From contig JAAYRX010000176.1 of the NCBI GenBank assembly GCA_012518535.1, positions 1-61,784 of the forward strand: 61,784 nt of DNA, in the 5' to 3' direction. Made by a program: the position numbers and the translations under genes. This DNA is from Clostridiales bacterium. GTDB taxonomy: Bacteria; Bacillota; Clostridia; Caldicoprobacterales; UBA3941. Shown one piece after another: positions 47,803 through 58,333 of the stretch. Within the stretch, counting starts at the first letter, position 1; each line of letters starts with the position of its first letter. The notes beneath the pieces are model-generated. The model was not told the origin of the DNA. It worked only from the letters and a program-made list of their open reading frames with translations, and made no database searches.

Positions 47803-49146
47803 ATGTGGGGTGTTAATGTGAAACGGATAGTGGTATGGGTGTGTGCACTGGTATTCCTATTTTCTACAACAACGTCGGTACTTGCAGATGAAATTGATCA
47901 ACACAGAAATGAGGCAGAAGAGGTAAATCAGGAAATAGAAGAAACCCAGGATCTATTGGACCGTGTTAGGGGGGAGCAAGTCCAGATATCCAACCAGCTG
48001 GAGAAAATTGACAGGGACATAAGGGAAAAGGAAAAAGAATTAATACATATTCAAGAAAAGCTGGATGATACTATGGCCTTGTTGGATGAGACAAAACAAG
48101 AATTAAAAGCAGCTGAAGTAGAGGCTAAAAAGTTTGAAAAGTTGATGGCCGATCGGCTTTGTGCCATGTACATGATGGAGGGCACATCTTATCTGGAACT
48201 TCTGTTTGGAGCCAGAAGTCTTAATGAGTTCCTGGATCGGTTTGAGATGGTCAAGTTTATGATTGCCTTCGATAACCAGGTATTTGATCAAATGGTGGAA
48301 CTACAAAATGCTATAGCGGAAAAGAAAAAGGAATTGGAAATTCAAGAGAAGGCCATTAGGGAAACCAAGGATGAAATATCACAGCAAAAGAGCCTGATTG
48401 AAGCTAAGAAAAGTGAAAGGCTTCAGGTGATGATCCAGCTTAAGGATGAAGAACAGCAATATGAAAAGGACCTGGAGGTATTGGAACAAACCTCCAGGGA
48501 TCTGGAACATACCATTCAGAGGCTACTGAAGGAGCAGGAGCAAAGAAGGCTCGAAGAAGAGAAAAAACGAAAAGAGGAAGAACAGCGTCGCAAGGAAGAA
48601 GAGGAAAGGCGCCGCAAGGAAGAGGAGCAAAAGCGTAAGGCAGAAGAGCAAGGGAAAAAAGAAGAGGGAGGAAATAAGGAAGAAAAGGAGAAAGGCGGCG
48701 GACAGCAGGAACAGAAGGATCAGGACAGGGGAGATAACAAGGGCAGTTCTTCCATGATATGGCCTGTCCCAGGATATAACCATATTTCCTCCGGATATGG
48801 GAACAGGTGGCATCCTGTCCACAAAGAGTATAGGATGCATACCGGAATAGATATCAGCGGTGGGGGAATAAATGGCAAGGATGCCGTTGCCGTTGCTGAT
48901 GGTACCGTAATACTTTCCCAAACGTATGGTGGGTATGGAAACTGTGTCATCGTAGATCATGGCGGTGGCATTACGACGGTTTATGCCCATGGCTCTAAAT
49001 TGCTGGTATCGGTGGGGCAGAAGGTAAAGTCAGGACAGGCTGTAATGAAGATCGGCAGTACCGGTGTTTCTACGGGGCCTCATCTGCACTTTGAGGTACG
49101 AAAAAATGGTTCCCATGTAAACCCACTTCCTTATTTGGGAAGGTAA
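47803..49146 (+). CDS. secreted coiled-coil M23 (LytM-type) peptidase, EnvC/PcsB-like FtsEX partner
   Basis: It has a signal peptide, about 220 aa of heptad-rich coiled coil, and an E/K/R low-complexity linker. The M23 domain has an intact HxxxD (HTGID) and HxH (HLH). The start may instead be GTG 47818. Confidence 0.85.
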   Translation: MWGVNVKRIVVWVCALVFLFSTTTSVLADEIDQHRNEAEEVNQEIEETQDLLDRVRGEQVQISNQLEKIDRDIREKEKELIHIQEKLDDTMALLDETKQELKAAEVEAKKFEKLMADRLCAMYMMEGTSYLELLFGARSLNEFLDRFEMVKFMIAFDNQVFDQMVELQNAIAEKKKELEIQEKAIRETKDEISQQKSLIEAKKSERLQVMIQLKDEEQQYEKDLEVLEQTSRDLEHTIQRLLKEQEQRRLEEEKKRKEEEQRRKEEEERRRKEEEQKRKAEEQGKKEEGGNKEEKEKGGGQQEQKDQDRGDNKGSSSMIWPVPGYNHISSGYGNRWHPVHKEYRMHTGIDISGGGINGKDAVAVADGTVILSQTYGGYGNCVIVDHGGGITTVYAHGSKLLVSVGQKVKSGQAVMKIGSTGVSTGPHLHFEVRKNGSHVNPLPYLGR

Positions 49147-49194
49147 GAGTAGCATACTATTTCTGACTGGTTTTATTCAGTAGGAATATACAGG

Positions 49195-49228
49195 GGGACA
49201 GGACTCTGAAGCCTGTCCCCTTATCTTA
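49195..49228 (+). terminator. Rho-independent terminator
   Basis: 9-bp GC-rich stem ggggacagg / cctgtcccc, followed by ttatctt. Confidence 0.6.
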
Positions 49229-49451
49229 TGCAATAGATGGATTTGTTTCCCCAAAAGGGTATATTATGCAACATAATCTGCGATTTTATAAGGAAATCCC
49301 CTACCTTGGAGCTAGCAAAATTAGTTTTGAAATCTACGGGATTAGTGCTATAATAGGATATGATTTATTCCCTTGCTTAGGATCTTGTACCCGAGGCAAG
49401 GGAAAAGACTACCTGGGGTTTTGTAAACCCGGGGTTGGGAGGATCTGATAT

Positions 49452-50702
49452 ATGATCAGTAAAAAATCAGCCGCCCTAGGGGCAGTTGTACTTATACTTG
49501 TAACAGCTTTCCTTACAGCCTTCTTAACTATCCAAGTGGGCACATACATTGATATAAGAAACGGGAATAGGGTAATAGTATCCAAGCAGGACTACCAGCT
49601 GCTTAATACCTATTATAGGAAGTTGGAAACAGTAAGGCGGGATATAGAGTCTAATTATATAGAGGAAACCAACCGCGAAGACCTCTTCGAAGGAGCCATA
49701 AAAGGGATGGTTGCCTCCCTGGGGGATCCTTATTCCTACTACCTGAATGATGAGGAATTGGAAGATTTTAATATTGCTACTTCGGGTACCTATCAGGGAA
49801 TCGGTGTTTCTATTGAAAAATCAGAGGATAATTTAATAATGATATTTCAAGTATTTAAAAACAGTCCGGCCATGGAGGCAGGCTTGCTAACCGGAGATAA
49901 GATAATAAAGGTGGATGGAGAGGATGTAGACTGGAGTGTGTATGAGCAGGCCGTAGCCAGGATGAAGACTGGGGAGCCAGGGAGTACCGTTAATATTACA
50001 GTTTTAAGAGACGGTGAAATGATCGATTATACCGTACGGAGGGATATAGTCGAATTGCCCGATTTGGAATATGAGATGTTGGAAGACGATATTGGGTATA
50101 TCTGGCTATATAGCTTTGATGGTGCTGCCGCAAAGAACTTCAAAAATGCTATTGAAGATTTGAAAAAGAAAGATATGAAGGGTCTCGTATTGGATCTGCG
50201 GGGGAACGGCGGTGGACTTTTGGAAGTATGCAGGGAAATAGCTGATGTGCTATTACCCGAGGGCCTGGTTGTTTATAGCGAGAGCCGGAGCGGAAAGAGA
50301 ACTGAATATAAATCGGATTCTGAAGAGCTGGGTATTCCCCTGGTTGTATTGGTTAACGAATATAGTGCCAGCGCATCTGAAGTCCTGGCAGGTGCTGTTC
50401 AGGACTATGGAGCAGGTACCATTATAGGTACTACGACTTATGGGAAAGGAGTAGTACAAACTATGAGACCCTACAGGGATGGTGGTGCCTTAAAATTAAC
50501 CACATACAAGTATTTTACTCCTAAAGGACGAGACATCAACCAAAAGGGTATTGAACCGGACATAAAGGTGGAGATGACCGAAGAAGCGAAAGAGTTTTTA
50601 AAGGAGAATCCGAGAGAAAGCCTGCCCATCCAGCTGGATGCTCCCCTGTTAAAAGGGATTGAGGAGATCAAATTGAAGCTGGAGAGACCTGCAGCCCAAT
50701 AA
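49452..50702 (+). CDS. carboxyl-terminal processing protease (S41, PDZ-containing; CtpA/CtpB-like)
   Basis: It has an N-terminal TM segment and a PDZ domain (SPAMEAGLLTGDKIIKVDG). The catalytic Ser is in SASASEV and the Lys in TYGKG. Confidence 0.9.
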   Translation: MISKKSAALGAVVLILVTAFLTAFLTIQVGTYIDIRNGNRVIVSKQDYQLLNTYYRKLETVRRDIESNYIEETNREDLFEGAIKGMVASLGDPYSYYLNDEELEDFNIATSGTYQGIGVSIEKSEDNLIMIFQVFKNSPAMEAGLLTGDKIIKVDGEDVDWSVYEQAVARMKTGEPGSTVNITVLRDGEMIDYTVRRDIVELPDLEYEMLEDDIGYIWLYSFDGAAAKNFKNAIEDLKKKDMKGLVLDLRGNGGGLLEVCREIADVLLPEGLVVYSESRSGKRTEYKSDSEELGIPLVVLVNEYSASASEVLAGAVQDYGAGTIIGTTTYGKGVVQTMRPYRDGGALKLTTYKYFTPKGRDINQKGIEPDIKVEMTEEAKEFLKENPRESLPIQLDAPLLKGIEEIKLKLERPAAQ

Positions 50703-50789
50703 ATATTGGCATGTTTATCGAAATAAATGCAGAATTATGACCCTGATAAGGACAGGGTTGGATTGCCCATCCCAGCAAGGAGGTAAAAA

Positions 50790-51923
50790 ATGCAATTGTT
50801 GATACAATTACTTACTTCCTACTCACAAGTAATTAGCAGTTTTTTCTATATCGGAATCGTGCTGTTGACTTATTTGCGGATACAAAGGAATGCCCAACTG
50901 GAGGAAGACTGGTTGGGCATTCTCCGCAATCCAGTAAATACCCAGCTTTACTACGTACTTCTCTACGGCCTGATAGGGGGAATAGTCACCAGCTTTATTA
51001 TCCTATTTTTTAAGATAAGGATAGAATATGAAGCTATGCTTATTATTTGGCCCGTATCACTTTTTTTGATGTTATTTAATCCTCGCTACCTATGCCCCTC
51101 ATATTCGATAGGGATCGTTTCCCTGTTGTCCCTTGTTTTTGGATGGCCACGGATGGAGGTTCTGCCGATGATTATATTACTGGGTATACTACACCTGGTA
51201 GAAAGTCTCCTTATACTAATAGATGGAGCCAGGGACAGTATTCCAGTATATATGGAACATCATAGGTTTATACCGGCAGGAGCCCATATTATGAACAGGA
51301 TGTGGCCTATTCCCCTGGTTATAACAACTACACCTGGGCAATTGGTGTTTCCGGCAGTAGTGGTATTGACATACGACGATCGAGCCATCACTCAAACCAC
51401 TCAGAAGAGGACCAGGGAATCTAGTTTTTGGGCAGGGGTCTATGGTTTGACATTATTAGTTTTAGGCATGTTATCAAACCTAGTAGAAGGACTTATTTAT
51501 TTGACCGCATTACTGGTGCCCCTTCTTCATGAGTTCCTGGTTCTTTGGAACAGACAAAGGCAGTTAAAGGGCGAGCCGGTTTTTAAGGCACCTTGGAGGG
51601 GTATAAGAATATTGGATGTATTACCGGATAAGATAGGTAAGACCGTGGGGCTTAAGCAGGGGGATATAATCTTAAGCATTAATGGCAGGCAGGTAAATAG
51701 TGAAGCGATGCTCAAAGAAATCCTAAGGGATTCTCCTAACCATATATGGGTGACAGTCCTGAGGGAGGATGGTGAAAGCGCGGAGCTTGAATACAGGGAT
51801 TATGAAAGGGGTATAAGGGATCTGGGGCTCATGCTTGTACCCCGGACCACAGGAAAATATTACTCCTTTAGGCATCAGAAAGGATTGTTGTCAAGGTTGT
51901 GGGACAATTATTTTTCCGGTTAG
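50790..51923 (+). CDS. polytopic membrane protein with a C-terminal PDZ domain (MinJ-like)
   Basis: It has about 7 TM helices followed by a PDZ domain (LPDKIGKTVGLKQGDIILSINGRQV). The position next to ctp and ftsEX and before uvrBA mirrors the B. subtilis minJ-ctpB-ftsXE neighbourhood. Confidence 0.55.
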   Translation: MQLLIQLLTSYSQVISSFFYIGIVLLTYLRIQRNAQLEEDWLGILRNPVNTQLYYVLLYGLIGGIVTSFIILFFKIRIEYEAMLIIWPVSLFLMLFNPRYLCPSYSIGIVSLLSLVFGWPRMEVLPMIILLGILHLVESLLILIDGARDSIPVYMEHHRFIPAGAHIMNRMWPIPLVITTTPGQLVFPAVVVLTYDDRAITQTTQKRTRESSFWAGVYGLTLLVLGMLSNLVEGLIYLTALLVPLLHEFLVLWNRQRQLKGEPVFKAPWRGIRILDVLPDKIGKTVGLKQGDIILSINGRQVNSEAMLKEILRDSPNHIWVTVLREDGESAELEYRDYERGIRDLGLMLVPRTTGKYYSFRHQKGLLSRLWDNYFSG

Positions 51924-52007
51924 GCTTGTTGCTGATTTTTATTAGGACCGGGTCTAGACTTCGCCCAGATGATATATGGATTGTATGGGTGAAGTTTTTT
52001 TATTTTA

Positions 52008-52046
52008 CGAACAGGCGTTCTATTATTAACACAAATATGATATAAT
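52008..52046 (+). promoter_or_regulatory. LexA (Cheo/DinR) box overlapping the -35 region, plus the extended -10 of the uvrBA promoter
   Basis: CGAACAGGCGTTCT (52008..52021) compared with the consensus CGAAC-N4-GTTCG. TGaTATAAT lies at 52038..52046. Confidence 0.65.
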
Positions 52047-52203
52047 GACTTCATTGTATATCTTAGAATAAATTGGTTTTTTATAATGGGACAAGCCGCT
52101 GTTTCCTTCAAATCGGAGGTCGAGATAATCAGCTAAAAATGATATGTATCCTATTAGTTAGCGTGACGAATTAACAATTCAATTGCAGAGGAGTGTGAGG
52201 TGG

Positions 52204-54180
52204 ATGGAATTTGTGATAAGATCCACTATGAAGCCCCAAGGCGATCAGCCCAAAGCCATCGCCTCCTTAGTCGAGGGGCTGAATAAAGGAGAAAAATACA
52301 TGACTCTTTTGGGTGTGACCGGGTCAGGAAAGACATTTACCATGGCCAATACCATAGAGAAGGTACAGAGACCTACCCTGGTGCTGGCACATAATAAGAC
52401 CTTGGCTGCCCAACTGTATAGCGAGTTTAAGGAGCTTTTTCCAGATAATTCAGTAGAATATTTTGTAAGCTATTACGATTATTATCAGCCTGAAGCCTAT
52501 ATGCCTATAAGCGATACCTATATAGAAAAGGATGCCTCCATCAATGATGAAATCGATAAGCTTAGGCATTCGGCTACTTCAGCATTATTTGAGCGACGGG
52601 ATGTTATAGTTGTTGCCAGCGTATCCTGTATCTATGGCCTGGGAAACCCTGTAGAGTACAGGGATTTAACGGTGTCCTTGAGGGTTGGCATGAATAGGGA
52701 TCGTAACGAGATAATCAGAAAGCTGGTTGATATACAGTATGAAAGAAACGATATTAATTTCATAAGGGGAACTTTCAGAGTACGGGGGGATGTACTGGAG
52801 ATTTTCCCTGCGTCTTCATCGGAGCACGCTGTGAGGGTAGAGTTTTTTGGCGATGAAATTGACAGAATATCCGAAGTTGATGTGCTGACTGGTGAGATCT
52901 TAGGCCTACGAAACCATATAGCCATCTTTCCGGCATCCCACTATGCTGCATCCAGGGAGAGGCTGGAGAGGGCTATAGAGATGATAGAGGTGGATCTGGA
53001 GAGGAGAATAGATGAGCTACAGGCGCAGGATAAGCCGCTGGAAGCCCAACGGCTTAAGCAAAGGACTAATTATGACATTGAAATGATGCGTGAGATTGGA
53101 TATTGCAATGGAATAGAGAACTACTCCAGGTATATGGACGGCAGGCAGGTTGGCGAGCCGCCATTTACCCTGTTGGATTATTTTCCTGAAGATTATCTTC
53201 TGATAGTAGACGAATCCCATGTAACCTTCCCGCAGGTCAGAGCCATGTACGCCGGAGATCGCTCAAGGAAGGACAGTCTGGTAGAGTACGGATTCAGGTT
53301 GCCAGCGGCTTATGATAACAGGCCTCTTAAATTCGAGGAATTTGAAGAGAGGATTTGTCAGGTCATCTGCGTTAGTGCAACCCCTGGCGATTATGAATTA
53401 TCCCATTCATCCAGAGTGGTAGAACAGATAATAAGGCCAACGGGCCTGATTGATCCCAAGGTCGAGGTTTTTCCCATAGAGGGCCAGATTGACCACTTGA
53501 TCGGAGAGATACAAAAGGTTGTAGGTCGAAACGAGAGGGTCCTTATAACTACATTGACGAAAAAGATGGCAGAAACCCTGACAGACTTTCTGAAGGAAAT
53601 GGACATGCGGGTGAGATATCTCCATTCGGATATAGAAACCCTTGAGAGGGTGGAGATTATCAGGGATTTGCGTTTAGGGGTTTTCGATGTTTTGGTAGGT
53701 ATAAACCTTCTAAGAGAAGGCCTCGATCTTCCTGAAGTTTCTCTTGTGGCCATATTGGATGCTGATAAAGAGGGTTTTCTAAGATCCGAGACGTCTCTGA
53801 TTCAGACTATAGGTCGTGCAGCTCGGAATGTACAAGGCAAGGTAATAATGTATGCGGATACCATTACCGGGTCTATGAGGAGGGCCATTGACGAGACCAA
53901 CCGCAGGAGAGAATTGCAGATAGAATACAATAGGAGACATGGCATAGTGCCTACTACTATTGTTAAAGAAGTACATGGCATTATAGAAGCGACCCATGCG
54001 GCTGAGGAAAGGTCAGGGTATGATGTTGAAATCCCGGAGACTCAGGAACAAATACTTAAGGTTATCAACGATTTGGAGAAGGAAATGCAAAATGCAGCTA
54101 TTGCCTTGGAATTTGAGAAAGCAGCTAAGTTAAGAGATGAGATATTTAGGTTAAAAAATGAATTAAATGTTGAAAAATAG
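52204..54180 (+). CDS. uvrB: excinuclease ABC subunit B
   Basis: It has GDQPKAI, Walker [14 protein letters not shown], and the C-terminal UVR motif ([11 protein letters not shown]). The start ATG follows GAGGTGG. Confidence 0.97.
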   Translation: MEFVIRSTMKPQGDQPKAIASLVEGLNKGEKYMTLLGVTGSGKTFTMANTIEKVQRPTLVLAHNKTLAAQLYSEFKELFPDNSVEYFVSYYDYYQPEAYMPISDTYIEKDASINDEIDKLRHSATSALFERRDVIVVASVSCIYGLGNPVEYRDLTVSLRVGMNRDRNEIIRKLVDIQYERNDINFIRGTFRVRGDVLEIFPASSSEHAVRVEFFGDEIDRISEVDVLTGEILGLRNHIAIFPASHYAASRERLERAIEMIEVDLERRIDELQAQDKPLEAQRLKQRTNYDIEMMREIGYCNGIENYSRYMDGRQVGEPPFTLLDYFPEDYLLIVDESHVTFPQVRAMYAGDRSRKDSLVEYGFRLPAAYDNRPLKFEEFEERICQVICVSATPGDYELSHSSRVVEQIIRPTGLIDPKVEVFPIEGQIDHLIGEIQKVVGRNERVLITTLTKKMAETLTDFLKEMDMRVRYLHSDIETLERVEIIRDLRLGVFDVLVGINLLREGLDLPEVSLVAILDADKEGFLRSETSLIQTIGRAARNVQGKVIMYADTITGSMRRAIDETNRRRELQIEYNRRHGIVPTTIVKEVHGIIEATHAAEERSGYDVEIPETQEQILKVINDLEKEMQNAAIALEFEKAAKLRDEIFRLKNELNVEK

Positions 54181-54261
54181 GCTTGGATGGTTTTATATGG
54201 ACAGATGTTCTTGCCTGTCCACAATAGATTGCAGACAGAAATAAGAAGGAGACATAGGAAG

Positions 54262-57096
54262 ATGGAAGCACCAAAAATATACGTAAAGGGAGCCAGGGTA
54301 AACAACCTGAAAGATATTGATCTGGAGCTCCCCAGAAATAAATTAATTGTGTTTACTGGACTCAGCGGCTCAGGGAAATCCTCACTGGCCTTTGACACCT
54401 TATACGCGGAGGGTCAGAGAAGGTATGTAGAATCTCTTTCTGCCTATGCCAGACAGTTCTTGGGACAAATGGAAAAGCCGGATGTTGACTATATTGAGGG
54501 ATTGTCACCGGCCATCTCTATAGATCAGAAGACTACCAGCCACAACCCCAGATCCACTGTTGGTACTGTAACCGAGATATATGACTATATGAGACTTTTA
54601 TTTGCCAGGATAGGTATACCCCATTGTCCAAACTGTGGCAGGGTAATTGAACAGCAGACCGTGGAGCAGATGGTAGATATTATCATGTCCTTGGGGGAAC
54701 GGAGTCGAATACAGCTATTGGCTCCCCTTGTAAGGGGAAGAAAGGGAGAATATACAAGACTATTGGACCAAATTAGGAAGGATGGGTATGTACGGGTACG
54801 TATAGACGGAGAGATGAGGGAACTCTCAGAGGAGATCAGGTTGGACAAAAATAAAAAGCATACCATAGAGGTAATAGTAGATCGCCTGATTATTAGGGAA
54901 GGTATAGCTCAACGGCTGGCTGATTCCCTTGAAACAGTCCTTGATCTAAGCGGGGGGTTGGCTATAGTAAATGTCATTGATGGAGATGAGCTTCTCTTCA
55001 GCCAGAATTATGCCTGCCCTGAATGTAATATAAACATAGAAGAATTAACCCCCAGGATGTTCTCCTTTAACAATCCCTATGGTGCCTGTGAGACCTGTAG
55101 CGGACTTGGTTCTATGATGGAAATAGATCCGGATCTGGTAATCCCTAATAAGAATCTGTCTCTGGCAGAGGGTGCTATTGTAGCTCTGGGATGGAACAAT
55201 CTAAATGAGAATGGCATTGCCTATATGTATCTAAATGCCCTTAGCCGGCAGTACAATTTTGACCTGAACATTCCCATAAAGGATTTGAGCAAGAAGGTAA
55301 TAGACATCATACTCTACGGGACCAGGGGCAAGAATATCAAAGTTGATTACAATAGAAATGGCGATATTGGCTCATTCACAGGCCCCTTTGAGGGAATAAT
55401 CAATAACCTCAAAAGAAGGTACAGGGATACCCAATCGGATTATAGCAGGGACTATATTGAAAAATTAATGACCAACAGAATTTGTCCTGCCTGCAACGGT
55501 GCCAGGTTAAAGCCTGAGGTTTTAGCTGTAACAGTTGGAGATAAAAATATATATGAGTTAACTACCATGTCCATAAAGGAATGCCAGGAATTTTTCCAAA
55601 ACCTTAACCTTTCTCCCAGGCAGGAGATGATAGGGCATCAGATATTTAAGGAGATTCAAGCAAGGTTTGGATTTTTGGTAAATGTTGGATTGGACTATCT
55701 TACCCTATCCAGATCAACCAGCAGCCTTTCAGGCGGGGAGGCACAGCGAATTCGTCTTGCAACCCAAATAGGTTCCGGCCTGGTAGGGGTATTATATATC
55801 CTCGACGAGCCCAGCATAGGTCTCCACCAGAGGGATAACGGTAAGCTCATCAGGACTCTGAAGGGCCTGAGGGATCTAGGTAACACCCTTATAGTGGTTG
55901 AGCACGACGAAGAAACAATACTCTCGTCTGACCATATTGTAGATATTGGCCCAGGGGCAGGGAATCACGGTGGAGAGGTAGTGGCTGTGGGAACACCCAT
56001 GGAAATAATGAATAATGAGGAATCTGTCACAGGCCAATACTTGTCCGGGAAAAAGCGGATAGATATTCCTCAGGTGCGGAGAAAACCCAATGATAAGTGT
56101 CTTGAGATTATAGGGGCGAGGGAAAACAATTTAAAGAATATTGACGTTAAAATACCCATTGGGCTAATGACATGCATTACCGGAGTTTCCGGTTCCGGAA
56201 AGAGTTCCTTGGTCAATGAAATCCTGTACAAAGCCCTTGCCAGGGAATTGAATCGTGCAAGGATCAAGGCTGGGAACTATGATAAGATTTTAGGTACCCA
56301 TTACCTGGACAAGGTTATCGACATCAATCAATCGCCCATAGGCAGAACACCCAGATCCAATCCGGCTACCTATACAGGGGTATTTGACAGCATCCGTGAA
56401 GTTTTTGCCATGACAAATGAATCCAAAGTCCGTGGGTATAAGATGGGTAGGTTCAGCTTTAATGTTAGGGGGGGCCGCTGCGAGGCCTGTCAGGGTGATG
56501 GAATAATTAAGATAGAGATGCACTTTTTACCTGACATCTATGTACCCTGTGAAGTATGTAAGGGAAAGAGATATAACAGGGAAACTCTGGAAGTCCACTA
56601 TAAGGGGAAGAATATATCGGATATCCTCAACATGACCGTTGAAGAAGCTTTAGAATTTTTTAAAAACATCCCCAAGATTCAGAGAAAACTGGAAACCCTA
56701 AATGATGTAGGGTTGGGCTATATAAAGCTGGGGCAATCTTCCACTACCCTGTCCGGTGGTGAGGCCCAAAGGGTCAAGCTGGCAACGGAGCTCAGCAAGC
56801 GCAGTACCGGTAGAACCTTGTATATATTGGATGAGCCTACTACCGGTCTTCATGCGGCTGATGTTCACATGCTGATAGAAGTATTGCAAAGGTTAGTCGA
56901 GGGTGGAAATACCGTTGTGGTCATAGAGCATAACCTTGATATGATCAAGGTAGCAGACCATATAATCGATTTAGGTCCCGAAGGCGGGGACAGGGGCGGA
57001 ATGGTCATAGGGACCGGATGCCCTGAAGAATTGGCAGAAATAAAAGAAAGTTATACGGGAGAGTTTCTCAGGAAGGTATTGGAGCGGGGATACTGA
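54262..57096 (+). CDS. uvrA: excinuclease ABC subunit A
   Basis: It has [17 protein letters not shown], two ABC modules ([20 protein letters not shown]; LSGGEAQR twice), and zinc-finger CxxC pairs. Confidence 0.97.
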   Translation: MEAPKIYVKGARVNNLKDIDLELPRNKLIVFTGLSGSGKSSLAFDTLYAEGQRRYVESLSAYARQFLGQMEKPDVDYIEGLSPAISIDQKTTSHNPRSTVGTVTEIYDYMRLLFARIGIPHCPNCGRVIEQQTVEQMVDIIMSLGERSRIQLLAPLVRGRKGEYTRLLDQIRKDGYVRVRIDGEMRELSEEIRLDKNKKHTIEVIVDRLIIREGIAQRLADSLETVLDLSGGLAIVNVIDGDELLFSQNYACPECNINIEELTPRMFSFNNPYGACETCSGLGSMMEIDPDLVIPNKNLSLAEGAIVALGWNNLNENGIAYMYLNALSRQYNFDLNIPIKDLSKKVIDIILYGTRGKNIKVDYNRNGDIGSFTGPFEGIINNLKRRYRDTQSDYSRDYIEKLMTNRICPACNGARLKPEVLAVTVGDKNIYELTTMSIKECQEFFQNLNLSPRQEMIGHQIFKEIQARFGFLVNVGLDYLTLSRSTSSLSGGEAQRIRLATQIGSGLVGVLYILDEPSIGLHQRDNGKLIRTLKGLRDLGNTLIVVEHDEETILSSDHIVDIGPGAGNHGGEVVAVGTPMEIMNNEESVTGQYLSGKKRIDIPQVRRKPNDKCLEIIGARENNLKNIDVKIPIGLMTCITGVSGSGKSSLVNEILYKALARELNRARIKAGNYDKILGTHYLDKVIDINQSPIGRTPRSNPATYTGVFDSIREVFAMTNESKVRGYKMGRFSFNVRGGRCEACQGDGIIKIEMHFLPDIYVPCEVCKGKRYNRETLEVHYKGKNISDILNMTVEEALEFFKNIPKIQRKLETLNDVGLGYIKLGQSSTTLSGGEAQRVKLATELSKRSTGRTLYILDEPTTGLHAADVHMLIEVLQRLVEGGNTVVVIEHNLDMIKVADHIIDLGPEGGDRGGMVIGTGCPEELAEIKESYTGEFLRKVLERGY

Positions 57097-57108
57097 ACCC
57101 ATCCAGCA

Positions 57109-57489
57109 TTAAAAGATATTGGCCAGGCTAAGAACCTCCTTGTCCGCAAGATCATGGACAAGGAATCTTAGCTCTGCTATTTCTGTCAGGGACTGTTCCT
57201 TCTCCTTTTGGCTTATCATTTCATCTAATTTATAGATTATTCTATCGATATCGTCTATGTCATCGTGATCTATCAGGAACAGCCAAGTCTTTTTATGCTT
57301 GCCCCATAATCGGCGGATTTGCATTACCTCGGAATTTGCATCATCCCAGGCATCCTTCTTAACCTTATCGCGGATCTTTTCAGCCTGGGAAGCAAGTTCT
57401 TTAGAGGTCTTGGTAAGGTATGAAGTATTCCACCAGGATAGTCCTAAGAATAGCACCATGACTATGAGAATGATAATAAAGGTTTTCAT
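57109..57489 (-). CDS. DUF4363-family small membrane-anchored protein
   Basis: It has an N-terminal TM segment and the pattern W...W...H..ID.ID typical of DUF4363. It overlaps the upstream DUF421 gene by 4 nt. Confidence 0.6.
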   Translation of the reverse strand: MKTFIIILIVMVLFLGLSWWNTSYLTKTSKELASQAEKIRDKVKKDAWDDANSEVMQIRRLWGKHKKTWLFLIDHDDIDDIDRIIYKLDEMISQKEKEQSLTEIAELRFLVHDLADKEVLSLANIF

Positions 57490-58169
57490 TGGGCTCGCTC
57501 CTTCTGCTTCGCGATCACCCTAAACTGGTTTTGGGTATCAAGATAGGCAAAAAAGACCCTCTTTCTATCCAGACCAAGATCCTTAATCTGGCCTAAAAGC
57601 CAGTTTAGATCCCGGCCGGTTTTTTTGAGGTTTTTATACATAATTTGACCGTCCATGATCAAGGTCACAGGTATGCTCTCCGGCTTGCTCTGGATGTTTA
57701 AATCCTCCAATGCAGGAGTTTTTTTATCGCTTTTTGGGAAGACGGAAAGGTTGCCATTTGTCTCCAGAATGGCGAATTCTACATCGTCTATATTTGCTAT
57801 GTTCTGTGATCTCAGTTGCTCAAGGAGATCATTTAGATTGATTCTAAGCTGCTCCAGTTTTTTCTGTTGAAGAACACCGTTTTCAATTAGGATACTTGGG
57901 GAGCCACCAACTAAGGTTCTAAACCTTTCACTCTTTAATGATAAAAATGAAATGGTAATTTGAGCAAAGGCCAGGGCAAATATGGGCACAACTCCTTTGA
58001 GCAAAGGCACACCAACATCATCGACAGGTGCACTGGCCAGGTCCGCCAGCATAATAGCAATGACCAGCTCAAAGGGCTGTAGTTGACCAATCTGTCGTTT
58101 GCCCATAACCCTTACTACCAATACGACTATGGCATAAAGAATTAAAGACCTAAAAAAGATATTAAGCAA
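57486..58169 (-). CDS. DUF421 (YetF/YdfS-like) membrane protein
   Basis: It has RVMGKRQIGQLQPFELVIAIMLADLAS and a C-terminal soluble domain. Length is 227 aa. Confidence 0.75.
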   Translation of the reverse strand: MLNIFFRSLILYAIVVLVVRVMGKRQIGQLQPFELVIAIMLADLASAPVDDVGVPLLKGVVPIFALAFAQITISFLSLKSERFRTLVGGSPSILIENGVLQQKKLEQLRINLNDLLEQLRSQNIANIDDVEFAILETNGNLSVFPKSDKKTPALEDLNIQSKPESIPVTLIMDGQIMYKNLKKTGRDLNWLLGQIKDLGLDRKRVFFAYLDTQNQFRVIAKQKERAQ

Positions 58170-58333
58170 TAGGGATATCTCCTTCTAGTAGTATGTTCTA
58201 TAATGGGATTCTGGTTTCATAGATTATCATCCCTTTGCTCCGCGATTTTATACGCCATAGACTTGCTATCAAGAATTATATGGTAGATTGGACAATCAAC
58301 TGACGGATAGTTATAGGAGTAAGCAGGATTCAG

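Noticed and set aside
48523-48990. 155-aa antisense ORF and the polypurine/polypyrimidine tract inside the M23 peptidase gene; considered as a possible repeat element or overlapping gene
   Set aside because: The tract is explained by the E/K/R-rich linker codons (GAA/GAG/AAG/AGG) of the sense gene. The antisense translation (poly-F/L/S) is a by-product.
49266-49448. 60-aa + strand ORF upstream of the Ctp protease gene
   Set aside because: It has no convincing RBS and no recognisable features. It sits in the leader of the ctp gene, so I treated it as non-coding.
51920-52111. 63-aa minus-strand ORF upstream of uvrB
   Set aside because: It covers the LexA box and promoter of uvrB on the opposite strand. 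It has no RBS and is likely spurious.
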